Shown: positions 1 through 12,702 of the stretch, in pieces
How the letters are laid out: each line of letters opens with the position of its first letter
Position numbering within the stretch: the first letter of the stretch is position 1
Origin: the human T2T-CHM13v2.0 reference genome, Homo sapiens
Direction: 5' to 3' (one strand)
DNA: 64,000 nucleotides
NCBI RefSeq assembly: GCF_009914755.1
Contig: NC_060947.1
The notes under the pieces: generated by a model
Seen by the model: only the letters and a program-made list of their open reading frames with translations
What the model was told of the DNA's origin: nothing
Databases searched by the model: none
Position numbers and translations under genes: made by a program

Positions 1-14
1 TTCTGAACTTTGGA

Positions 15-160
15 GCTTTTCTGAGCTTCAGTTTTCTCATGTGTAAAACAGATGTAATAATAGCAGCTACCTCATAGGGTTACTGTGGAGAAGCACATGA
101 GAAGATTCATGTGAAGTGATTAACTTGATGTCTGGCACATAGTAAGTACTCAATATAGGT
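15..160 (+). mobile_element. MIR SINE fragment
   Basis: MIR core ctgagcttcagttttctcatgtgtaaaa...cctcatagggtt...tggcacatagtaagtactcaata. Confidence 0.8.
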
Positions 161-489
161 GAACTAGTAGAATAAGAGGATGCGTGTTTATGTGGGTAGG
201 TGGATATATACAAGAAAAATTTATCAATTAGTATTAGGAGGACCTGAAATGATTTTTATTATTTAAAGCCATAATTTTATTGAAAGATTTGATGGGAAAC
301 CCAGAGTTCCATGGGGAGATATTAGATAATATGGGAAATTTTGTACAATGGGGCATTACTCTGGAGGACAGGCATAGATGGTTACTGTAGTTTTAGTTCC
401 TAGGTAGCTAGGGGATAGTATAAGGAATTCCTGACATTATATTATATTTGTGGTCAGGGAGGGACCCTAGAAGAAAAGAAAGGGGTGAC

Positions 490-720
490 AACTATGTAGT
501 AGTTAAAAGCACTACTATTGAAATCATACAAACCAGGGATCAAATCCTAGCTTTCCATTCATAGGCTTTGTGCCCTTGGGTAAAGTGACTTAACTTCTCT
601 CAGCTCTCAGTTTCCTCATCTGTAAAATGGAGACAATAAATTGAGTAGTAAATGAAATAATCCATGTAAATGACCCAAAGCATTTGGTGTCCCATAGTGC
701 TCAGTCGATATTAGCTGCTC
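490..720 (+). mobile_element. MIR SINE
   Basis: ttaacttctct...ctcagtttcctcatctgtaaaatggagacaataa core. Confidence 0.85.
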
Positions 721-1672
721 TTTACTACCTTACAATCGTGACTTAGTCTGGGGACACCCAATAGAAGTCATAGGTCTTCAGATCAGAGAGGATTTTGTGC
801 CAAGAACTGGCTTTAGGAAGCTTCGCCTTTCAAGATGGAGGATGTTTTGAGCTCCTTCTCTTTCTAGTCACAGTTTCTGGCTCAGGCCTGCTGCAAGCTG
901 CCCTAGGGGCAGGGTGCTTTTATGATATTTGTGATGGCTAAAAATCGTTTTCTTAAAAAAAATACTTTTGATGTACAATAAGAAAGAAAATGGAAACCAC
1001 ATGGAAAATTTAGCCCATTCCAATACGTTCTTAGTCTCCCATTCTACATATTGCTAGGGCCTCTTCTGCAGATGATGGCTGAGAATATCCTCTGTAGAGC
1101 AATAAATCACAGAATCATTAAATGCATCCTTGCAGCTGCACCAGGGCTAGTTAGAGGCCTATTCAAGAAAAGGGCTTATGTGGAGGGGATTTTTCCTCCT
1201 TCTTTTAAAAAGCCACCTGTACCATTTTTGTCTTGGTTTTTAAGTGGATGATTTAAGATATCATTTTCTTCCTCTACTTCTATTTATGATGTACAAATAG
1301 TCCTTTGTTAATAGGGAAAGAAAAACACCACAAACTCAAATGCCAAACCTAATTAAGGCTCCTTAGAGAAAGTGTGCCTCTTTAACTTTCCAACTTCCTT
1401 TCTGAGTTAGTAATTTAGGGACTGGACAAGACACAGGTGGAAGGAATTGTTTCATCAACAGCTGGTGCAAAATCCCTCATATTCCTGGAAGTGCACCAGT
1501 TCAGGGTACAGAAATATCTGAGAGAACTAGGGCTAGTCTGGAAAGAGCATGTATTGTAATCTAAATGTTTTTCCTGTTGATTGGCAAACTCTCAAAAGTT
1601 CTTTGAGGCTAGGAGAGATAGCTTTGAGGAAAATATTGGAACCAGATCATGTAATCCAGATGTTGAAAACAA

Positions 1673-1782
1673 GGCCTTGAGAAAGAAAAAAAAGTCATTT
1701 TATTATAAATGAAGCCTTGAGGGGAAAATTCAATTTCTTTATAAACTAGACCTTGAGCAGGAAAAATCCTTTTATTGTAATC
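1673..1782. repeat. degenerate tandem repeat, 3 units of about 36-40 bp
   Basis: CCTTGAG at 1675, 1715 and 1751, each followed by an A-run and a TTTAT tract. Confidence 0.55.
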
Positions 1783-1940
1783 ATATCAATTCTAGTTAGA
1801 TTCACATAATGAGGCTAACTGTGCAATTTGGTGAAGATGATGATCAGCCACGTAGAATGATTTAAAGAGTTCCAGAAGCACTTTCTCTCTACAATAAAGT
1901 CATCCCTACTCAGAGGTCATAGTGCCCGATATCCCTTCAT

Positions 1941-2110
1941 CAGTGTTTCTTAACCCTTTTTTGGTCAAGGACTTGCTTTAGAATCTGGTGAAAGCTACTG
2001 ACTTTTTCCTCCAGGAAAATGACTGAACATGTGGATATACACACATCAGCATACGTTTTGATGAAGTTCACAGACTCCTGTGAACAGCCCTGGGGAGTTT
2101 TTGAACAGTC
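1941..2110. mobile_element. hAT-Charlie type MITE (MER family)
   Basis: CAGTGTTTCTTAACC terminus and gaatctggtgaaagcta internal motif; subfamily not assigned. Confidence 0.6.
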
Positions 2111-2126
2111 AGCATTTCTCATAGTT

Positions 2127-2831
<705 letters not shown>

Positions 2832-3103
2832 TCATATTTTTCATTTCACCATCACATTAAAGTATTATTTGAAATAATGTACTTAATAATGATTTTATAT
2901 TAAGGAAAGAGATGATATTTAGGGGCAATAATTCACCAAGGTATATAGGTTTACCTTGGTGACACACAGCTTGATCACAGATCAGCTTCCATGTTGAGTT
3001 GATTTCTTTCCTTCCTATTTCTATTAAATTTTAAAAAGTCAAGCTTTAAAAACACTTTAAAATGCTCCACAATATTACAGGATAGGTGAAATAAGAATGC
3101 TAA

Positions 3104-3124
3104 ATTTTTTTTTAATTTTTATAT

Positions 3125-3163
<39 letters not shown>

Positions 3164-3521
3164 TTATACTTTAAGTTCTAGGGTACATGTGCACAACGTG
3201 CAGGTTTGTTACATATATATAAATGTGCCATGTTGGTGTGCTGCACCCATTAACTCGTCATTTACATTAGGTATATCTCCTAATGCTATCCCTCCCTCCT
3301 CCCCCCACCCCACAACAGGCTCCGGTGTGTGATGTTCCCCTTCCTGTGTCCAAGTGTTGTCATTGTTCGATTCCCACCTGTGAGTGAGAACATGCGGTGT
3401 TTGTTTTTTTGTCCTTGCGATAGTTTGCTGAGAATAATGGTTTCCAGCTTCATCCATGTCCCTACAAAGGACATGAACTCATCATTTTTCATGGCTGCAT
3501 AGTATTCCATGGTGTATATGT
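3104..3521 (-). mobile_element. L1PA 3' end with (TTTA)n tail
   Basis: antisense L1 3'UTR; the ORF2 C-terminus MEYYAAMKNDEFMSFVGTWMKLETIILSKL appears in ORF 3286..3510. Confidence 0.95.
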
Positions 3522-3542
3522 GCTAAAAAATTTTAAACTATT

Positions 3543-4039
3543 TGTCTTAGTTGGATTCCTCCACAGCAGTCTGAGGCAAGGACATGGGTGCAGTTAGTAT
3601 ATTTAGGGTGTTATTCCAGGAAGCAGGAGCGAGGTAGTAAGGAGAATTAGAGAAAGAAAAAAAGTCAGTGCAAAGGTGCATTATGAGGTTGCTGCATTGG
3701 GCAACAAGGGCTGAATTCTGGTTAGACTGCTTGGGGGAAGCTATAGAACATTCTCCCAGAACTCTCCCTTTGATGGATGAGAGGTTGCAGCTCTCATCCA
3801 CCAGTTATTGTCCCCCTCATTTGAGGGTTATCTCCAAGGCTAGGAGGTGTTTTCATGTGGATTGGCTTTCATGAAGGCCTTGAGGGCAGAAGCAGAAGAG
3901 AGAAACTTGATTTTGGGGCAGGATACTGTTTGTTAGGGTGATGTGAGTCTGAGCTTACATAGAACTGTCTACCCCAGCTCTGGCTGAGCAAGGTGGAGAA
4001 AGAGGCTGTGATGTAGGGCACCAGAAGCATTTATTCCAC
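3543..4039 (-). mobile_element. ERVL solo LTR (LTR16-like)
   Basis: tgtcttagttggattcc...gaggcaagga...ccaggaagcagg at the start and ggcaccagaagcatt at the end resemble LTR16. Confidence 0.65.
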
Positions 4040-5114
4040 TATTGAATCTGGGTAGTGAATACCTGGACTTTCATTATCCTATCTACTCTACTTTTGTACA
4101 TGTTTGAAGTTTTTCATAATAAAAAGTTAAAAATTCTAATTCAGAATCCTAGGTCATTGGGAACTGCCTTAAGTATTTAGTGGCCTTATCAAACCTATAG
4201 ATATTATACATCCAAAAAGCTAGATATTACAAGGACGGTTCCCTGATAGTACTTTGAAGCACTCCATCAGATACTAAAGTCCCTGAACAAATCACAGTCA
4301 AAGGCTAGAAGACAGAATAGTTGAACTTGGGAAACAGATGGGTGTGCATTCCTAAATTACCACTTTGACTGCATTTAGTTCAAAAAAGTGTGGTTACAAG
4401 TTCCACTGAAGAACTTGAACGTGATATTTACATATACCCAATCATATATAGTCGATTTCTTTCTTCAAGAAGTGCATAAAGTCTCCACATGTTGGGACAG
4501 AATCAAATTCTTAGTGACAAAGCTGTTTGCATCATAGTTCAGTCTTCTTAAAAAATTCTGATTATTTTATCTTTAACATTAAACATGGCAGTATTTCACC
4601 ACTGAGCTAATAACTACAGGTTCTTTAATATTCTGAAAATGTGGCTATAAAATATGTCTTCAGCAAGGCATTTGAATATGAGAAATGCTCTTTAGTGGCA
4701 TTATCATTTTCATAAGGTCCCTTTCCCTATCCCTTGTATCAAAAAGTTATGGGAGAGCAGCTTCTCTCAACAGCTGGCATGCTTAGTGTGGAAAAGTGGA
4801 GATTAGTATTTACTGCTTATTTCTTTGTACAGCATGCTGGGAAGACATCTTCTTAGGGGCCAAAATTTTATTATACTCACAGTATTTGTTTTTTTCAATA
4901 CTGAACTGTGATCAGAAGGCATGTTGCTGATCATTGTTAATCAAGTCGTGAGTGGCTTCACATAGGGGTGCAACCTCTTTTATTTGCTACATATTTCTGG
5001 GCGGCAGTCATGGCTAATGCTCTTCAGAATTGGCCGCAGTGCCCCTTTTCCAATCTACTTCATGACTCATTAAAAAAAACCACTTGTTAACTAAATTAAA
5101 AACCTTTCCTTTTA

Positions 5115-5836
5115 TGAAGAGAAACTAGATCTCTCCTATATTGCTGGTGGCAATGTACAATGGTACAGCTACTCTGGAAAAGAGTTGAACAGTTTCTAAT
5201 GAAACCAAACATGCAACAACCATACAACCCAGCAATTACACTCATGGGCATTTATCCCAGAGATTTAAAAACTTATGTTCATACAAGAACCTGTACACAA
5301 ATGTTCACCGCAGTGTATTCCTGATAGCCCCCAATTGGAAACAACCCAAATGTCCTTCAACATGTGAATGGTTAAGCAAACTGTGGTATATCCATAGCAT
5401 AGAACACTACTCACAAATGAAAAGGAACATATTATTGATATGTACAACATCTTGAGTGGATTTACAAAAATTGTACTAAGTGAAAAAAGGCAATGACCCG
5501 ATTATATATGATTCCAAATGTATAACATCCTTGAGATGACAAAATTATAAAAATGGAGAACATGTGAGTGGTTGCTAGGAGTTAAGAAGGGGGTGGAGTT
5601 GGAGATAATGGGTGTGGCTATAAAAGGGCAACATGAGGGATCCTTGTGGTGATGGAACCATTCTGTATCTTGACTGTATCAATGCCAATATCCTGGTTGT
5701 GATACTGTATGGTGTTGCAAGACACTGTCATTGGGGGAAACCGGGAAAATGGTACATGGTTTCTCTTTGCAGTATTTCTTACAACAACTGCATGAAAATC
5801 TGTATCTAAGGTAACAAGCATAATTTAAAAAAAAAA
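5115..5836 (+). mobile_element. old L1M (L1MC/MD-type) 3' end
   Basis: tattgctggtggcaatgtacaatggtacagc...gggatccttgtggtgatgg...A-rich end. Confidence 0.85.
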
Positions 5837-5892
5837 CCTCTTTTCTCTTATAGCATGGGATTTCAGTGTCAAAAATGTGGAGCACTTCTCCC

Positions 5893-5934
5893 GTGTGTGT
5901 TTGTGTGTGTGTGCGTGTGTGTGTCTGTGTGTGT
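5893..5934. repeat. imperfect (TG)n microsatellite
   Basis: seen directly in the sequence. Confidence 0.9.
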
Positions 5935-6358
5935 ACATACCACTCCTATGCCAAGAGTCTGCATATCCGTGTTTTTACCTGTCTCTAAAGTAGAATATCT
6001 GCTGGTGTCCACATGTGATAATAATTGCCTTTTATATTGTGTGCCATAGATATTACGGATGTCCTATGACGTTGTTATAAAAATTCTGCTGATGACTCAC
6101 TCTGCTTTCTCTAAGTCACTTTGTCATTGATATTGTGCCTGGTTTTATAAGCTTCTTGGCAATGAAGTGATTTGTACTTGTTTTGCCAAGAGGTCTAATA
6201 ACGTTGAATGAAACCCCCATAGCTTTTGTATCTTCCCTGCCTTCGTCACAATATTCATCAACTTCATACAGCAAAGAATTACTTCGTGCTTGCTTTCAAA
6301 ATATTCAATTGGTTTATCACAGGGTTAACTGTACTTTGATTAATAATTATGTAAAAGC

Positions 6359-7306
6359 GGCCGTGGGCCGAGGAGAGCTCTAGGTGGCCAGCCAAAGACC
6401 TGGGGCGTCGTGGGCTTCGGCGAGCATGCAGGGATGAGCGGGTCCCTCGGCCGAGCGGCGGGCTCGGGTGCGGGCGGTGGTGTTTCAGGGGAGCGGCTGG
6501 ACGCACTGGTGAAGGACAAAGTGGTTGTCTTCCCTCAAGGGGACGGCGGAGCAACCCCAGTGCGGCTTCAGCAACGCCATGGTGCAGATCCTGTGGGTGC
6601 ACGGCGTCCGCGACTATGCGGCCTACGAAGTGCTGGACGACCCCGAGCTGCGACAAGGCATTAAAGACTATTCCAACTGGCCCACCATCCCGCAAGTGTA
6701 CCTCAACGGCGAGTTTGTGCGGGGCTGTGACATTCTTTTGCAGATGCACCAGAATGGGGGTCTGGTGGAAGAACTGAAAAAGCTGGGGATCCACTCCGCC
6801 CTTTTAGATGAAAAGAAAGACCAAGACTCAAAGTGAGGGCGCCCGGGTCCTCCCTGAACAGAGGGAGCCGTTCGTGTCAGAGACTCACTGCCAGAAAAAC
6901 CTTACGGATTTTGGTTTTCACTACTGAGACAACTGCGTTGCACTGATCATTTCCGTTCGTGAGCAGTCGGGTGATTTTAGGTTGTCTGGTGTTTGGGCTA
7001 ATAAGATTTTATTGTGAGCTTAATTACAACCACTGCACTGTAATAATTCAATGCTGTATTATGATATTGCTGTAAACAAAATTTGTTCTTATATTGCCAT
7101 TTATTTTTTGCCTGATTCAGGAGTTAAACTAGGAGCTTTGGAATCATTATTCATGACCCCTCTGCAAATATGTCAGTCTGCAGACAATATCTTCCCCCAA
7201 ATTATGTATAGCTTCTTCCGTTATGGAAAACGATGGACAAAGAAGAAACTGTGATAACTGGGTTTTTTTTTTTTTTTTTAAATAAACTGCCAACACAGGA
7301 AGAAAG
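6359..7306 (+). pseudogene. GLRX5P: GLRX5 (monothiol glutaredoxin 5) processed pseudogene
   Basis: ATG at 6434 gives MSGSLGRAA; after a +1 frameshift near 6532-6534 the frame reads ...QPQCGFSNA...[23 protein letters not shown]...DQDSK to the stop at 6836. No intron; AATAAA at 7281-7286; 12-bp TSD TTATGTAAAAGC at 6347-6358 and 7307-7318. Pseudogene number not determined. Confidence 0.96.
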
Positions 7307-7560
7307 TTATGTAAAAGCTTTGATGACTTCGTGCTACAATTTGATACATTTTATTATAAAGAGCATGCTGGAGACTGGGGCAAATGGATGGCAGGTCTAA
7401 TAAAATCAAATTTTCAGACATTTATCTTCTTACTTCATATTTGCATTTTCGACTGCTTATATGATATTGTCACACACACACAGGCTTATTTTTATTGTTA
7501 CTTTAATATTCGACAAACCTTTTTTCCTTAGTAAAGTTTATTTTTCCAACATAAAAGTAA

Positions 7561-7942
<382 letters not shown>

Positions 7943-8747
7943 CTGATAGAGATTTTGTTCATTTTTTTAAATTTGTTTGCTTTGTTGATAGCTTGAGAGA
8001 CCTTCACATTTCCATGTACCTGAGTCATCAAAATTTCTAAATCTGGTGGGTTCTTCACCCTAGAGTCCCAAGAGTGCCATAAGATACATCCTGGCATGGC
8101 AGTGGCCAGAGGGGCTGGTCTGGAAAGGGTGACAGAGGCCCTGATGTCTCAGGGAAAAGCACTCAGCATGAACCAGTAATCTGCACAAGGGTCGACCTAG
8201 TCCAGAAAGAACTTTTCCTGGGCTCGGTTCCCACCCTGGTGGTCACATCGCCGTGACTCAGCAGGAAGAGGCCTCCCCAGAGCCCAGGTCTCTCACAGTT
8301 AAGTGTTGTCAGAGGCTGCCGCGTGGGCCAGCAGTCCATCTCATTGGGTTAGCAGCAGCATTCCAACCCACAGGATTTGTTCACAGGCTGGAATGCTGGC
8401 CTCAGGGCTGGGCAGTGGCACTTCCTCCACTTGGTCCTGATGCTTGCAGTGATACCCTGTGGTGGTGCCATAAATCAGCTCTGCTCTGTGCTTTCCCAGA
8501 GAGATTTCCAAATGAATTGCCCTCCAAGCAGGCAGCGTGAGATACCTCCTTTCAGATGTCATGAACTAGATGGAATTTTGTTTTTACTAGAGGGGGGTAA
8601 ATAGCAATGCCAGGCTATGATGTTGGAGTCTATTCAGTTTGCCTCACTTGACCCACATGTCAGTTATGAGCTAAACCTCACAGGCTGTCTCCTCAGGGTT
8701 AGTGGTTATTTTTCCTCAGCTAGAGGGAAGAACAAAGGAATGGAGCC

Positions 8748-8904
8748 CAGATGCACCAGAATGGGGACCTGGTGGAAGAACTGAAAAAGCTGGGGATCCG
8801 CTCCACCCTTTTAGATGAAAAGTAAGACCAAGACTCAAAGTGAGGGTGCCCGGGTCCTCCCTGAACAGAGGGAGCTGTTCGTGTCAGAGACTCACTGCCA
8901 GAAA
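8748..8904 (+). pseudogene. GLRX5P: 157-bp second GLRX5 fragment (C-terminal codons plus start of 3'UTR)
   Basis: aligns without gaps to 6741-6897 with 7 mismatches by my count; translates [25 protein letters not shown] with a premature TAA at 8823-8825. Confidence 0.95.
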
Positions 8905-8991
8905 CTGTCACAGCAGCTGCAGGTTTGCACACCCAGTGCTTGACATTAGGCAAACCACCTCATTTCTCGGGGTCCTCGACCTCCTCAAAAG

Positions 8992-9314
8992 TTTTTTCTT
9001 TTTTTTTTTTCTTTTTCTTTTTTTTTTATTTTGAGACAGAGTCTTTCTCTGTTACCCAGGCTGGAGTGCAGTAGCATGATCTCGGCTCACTGCAACATCT
9101 GCCTCCTGGGTTCAAGTGATTCTCTTGCCTCAGCCTCCTGAGTAGATGGGATTACAGGCATGTGCCACCACGCTTGGCTAATTTTTGTATTTTTAGTAGA
9201 GATGGGGTTTTACCATGTTGGTCAGGCTGGTCTCAAACTCCTAACCTCAGGCAATCCACCCACCTCGGCCTCCCAAAGTGCTGGAATTACAGGCGTGAGC
9301 CACCGCACCCAGCC
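8992..9314 (-). mobile_element. AluS
   Basis: T-rich tail followed by full antisense Alu. Confidence 0.95.
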
Positions 9315-9334
9315 GAAAGTTTATTCTCTTAACT

Positions 9335-9575
<241 letters not shown>

Positions 9576-9949
9576 TTAAGAATGTAATTTGACAAAAAGA
9601 ATGTAATGTGATTGCTGTAAAAAATCATAATTAGCCTTACATCTCAAATATGTGGAAGGTATGTAAAGAAATAATATTATTGCTTTTTCCTCTGTCACTG
9701 GCTAGGTTTCTGGGAATGATCAGTGGCCCTGGATCACCCAGAGTCCATGCACCACACTTTGAGAAACAGTGCGTAAGGGAAAAGTATATGCTATGCTTTA
9801 AACACATTTATTAATACATTAAGTTTGATTCTATTTAAATTGGTTGAACTTTATTATACTTGATCATGAAGTTTCTATCATGGGTAAAAAATTATGACAA
9901 AATAGATGCTTTTTACTGATAGTTTGGCATCTTCCTTAATAATAGACCT

Positions 9950-10310
9950 GTAGCCAGGGTGAGGATGTCCAGCTAGGTACTTATGTACATTTTCCAGCCC
10001 GCTTTGTGGTCTGGTGTGGCTCTGAGACCAGTGAAATGTAAGTAGGAGTGATGTGTGCTTTTTCTAGGCCCAGCTCTTTAAACTTTGCACATGTGCTTCT
10101 CTTTACTTTTTTCCTCTAACAGAAGAAATATGGATGTGCCCATAGCACACATTACTCAGCTTTGAAACTGGCAGATAAGGCTGTTGCCTTACAGAAGGGC
10201 AGAGAAACATGAAGGAATCAACCCAAGTCCATGAGTGACTGAATGAGTTGAGTAGGCCACCTATGTGCTCTGGACTGTCAAGTGGAGAGAAACTTGACAA
10301 GTGGTGAGTT
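9950..10310 (+). mobile_element. MLT1 (MaLR) LTR, old
   Basis: tacattttccagcc...gaaatgtaagtaggagtgatgtgtgc motif. Confidence 0.65.
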
Positions 10311-11364
10311 CTTTGACTCCCTGTACTATTGGGTTTTTATATTATAGAGGCTTAGCCCTTTAAGCCTGATAAAGCCAGGGAAACTTGGAGGTCTGAAAGC
10401 TCCGATTGGTAGCTTGTGGGGAAGAGTGGCTCTTGGTGGCACAGGACAGGTGGGAAGGAAAAGGGAGTCAGGACTTGGCACAAGACTACCAACCATGGTA
10501 GGTGGGTATGGCAAGTGCGTGTCCAGTTGATTTCTAAGGATGATTTTGGTGGTACTGCCAGGTAGGGGAGATAAGAAATAAGGAATAAGCTTGGTTGTGA
10601 GTCATACAGAAGTGTAGTTTTCTTATGAGAAAGAATAACTGAGTCAGGGGAAATGGTACCACTTAGTCATCCAGTTTAGGATTAGAGAGAAATGAAATCA
10701 AGGGAGCCACATCAGGCATAGGTCATCTCTGGGTCACCTCATGCAGGATCCAGGGAAGTGACACTTCTAAGCTTCCTGAAGGGTCCCTGGGGCTCTTGCT
10801 ACTTTTCCTACTTTAGTCATGATTAGCATAAAAACTGTGGTGGAACTGTGGTGGCTTCATTAGTGGCTTCAGCTGTAAAGACTTGAAGCTGGAACAAATC
10901 AGAGATAAATCTTATTTACCTCACTTATTTACCTTTCATCTACATATGATTTAGTGCCTCAGCCACTGCTAGGGTACCTTTCTGTAAACTGGAAAAAGTG
11001 CTCCTTTTTGGGTTGGGGGCATGGCCTAGCAAGCACATGTATCAAACTAGGAAAGGAAAGCATTACTTGGTGAGTACAGTGCAGTATGGATTTCAGCCCC
11101 CATTCACCTCCATGACTGGGTATCCTTTGTGCAGTGAACAACATGCACAACTGTACATGGTGGCCTTGCAGACTACCAGAGGCACAGTGAGCATGAAGAG
11201 TGAAGTAGGAGAGTAAAGAAACAATTCAAATGTAACCTGCTGGCCAGAGGTACTTATAGGAAAGGCAAAAGAGAAGCAAAAGGTGAAGGGTGATTTAAGA
11301 ACAGTTTTAAACTTAATATCTGAAGGGCCATCCCCAAATAGACAATATACTTTCTTGTATCTTT

Positions 11365-11785
11365 ACCTTTGCTCATGCTGTTCCTCATCTGAAGTATCCT
11401 CTCTGGTTATATGATTCCTACACATACTCCAAAGCTTACTTCTAGACTTAACCTTTCCAAAAAGCCTTCCGTGAACTCTGTAGCTTACAAAGATCCCTCC
11501 CTCCCTCTTTACACTAAACTCTGACCATACTGCACTTAAGTTTCTGCCTCACATCATGCTCAGTGATTAGCTGGCCTGCTTTCCTTTTTGGCTGATTACT
11601 TCGTTTCTGAAACCATCTCTTGTGCCCCCCCCACCCATAGCTATGGGAGTTTATTGAACTTAGTATTTATACATCAGTCTCTCCTCAGTGGATTCTAAGC
11701 TCTGTCAAGGCAGGGACTGTGGGTTTTAAAAAAATTTCTATCCCCAGCCAGCACAGGGCTCAACAAGTGTTTGTTGAATAAACAA
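11365..11785 (+). mobile_element. L2 3' fragments
   Basis: ctttgctcatgctgttcc...ggcagggactgtg...ctcaacaagtgtttgttgaataaa. Confidence 0.65.
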
Positions 11786-11979
11786 ATGGGCAATCCATGC
11801 TCAAAAAGATGTCTATTTGTTTGAGTGACCGAGAGCCTGGAAAATTTCTTCTCCAGTCCCAAACTAGGTTTTTATTCAGGGAACCTCCGCTAAGCTCCCC
11901 ACAGCAGGGTATGGGGACCACTTGTGACCAATTAACTTAAAATCTTTCCCCTGTTCAGACACTATTTTAACAAATCCTT

Positions 11980-12125
11980 GCAGTAGAAAGAGCACTGTGC
12001 TCATTGGGTGGTTCTAGTTCAGTTCTGATACTAACTAGCCATGTGACTTTGAGCAAATTGAAATCACCTGCCTGGCCAGCCTTAGTTTCCTATACTGTAA
12101 AATGAAAAAGTAGCTTTAATAGTCT
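11980..12125 (+). mobile_element. MIR
   Basis: actaactagccatgtgactttgagcaa...cttagtttcctatactgtaaaatg. Confidence 0.75.
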
Positions 12126-12542
12126 GCAATGTTGTAAAGCAACATGATAAACAATGTGGTAATTGAGCTGAACTGTGAAAATATATTCATATCCATGGTA
12201 ATACCTAACTCCTATCCTAGCTCAGCTTGAAGCAATTTTTCTTCGGCAGTGAAACATTCATAAGATGTTTTATGCGCCCCATGACCAATAAACAGCTGTA
12301 GGAAACTTGGGGAAAATATAACTCTCCCTCTTGGCCTGTATAATTTTACTGTTGTTGTTGTTGTTAATGGGCAGCCACCACTTCTTCTCTCTCCTTCATG
12401 GGGCTTATTTGTTCATTCTATTTAGGGTTGGCAGGTTCATCAAATAAAAGTGCAATATGATTCCTTCATATTTGTTCAGCACTTCACAGGTTACGAAGAA
12501 GCAGGTTAATGTATTAGAATGCAGAATGGCAGAAATAGCCTT

Positions 12543-12702
12543 GCTATCTAAAGTGTGTCCCCCCAACTGATAGCATTAGCATTACCTTGGAGCTTCTTAG
12601 AAATTCAAACTCTGAATCCCACCCCAAACCTACTGAGTCAGAATCTGCATTTTAACAAGACCTGCAGGTGATCATGTGTACACTAAAATTTGAGAAGCCC
12701 TG
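12543..12702. mobile_element. MER5A-type hAT MITE
   Basis: cccaccccaaacctactgagtcagaatctgcattttaacaag...tttgagaagccctg. Confidence 0.85.

Noticed and set aside
2933-2962. 11-bp perfect hairpin tcaccaaggta/taccttggtga
   Set aside because: a stem of this length is not unexpected by chance in 64 kb, and nothing else supports it
6279-6794. 171-aa minus-strand ORF
   Set aside because: antisense shadow of the GC-rich GLRX5 coding sequence, with no independent coding signal
6525-6836. 103-aa ORF as a functional GLRX5 CDS
   Set aside because: starts at a non-ATG codon next to the frameshift; the first in-frame ATG lies after the CGFS active site; the upstream ATG at 6426 stops after three codons
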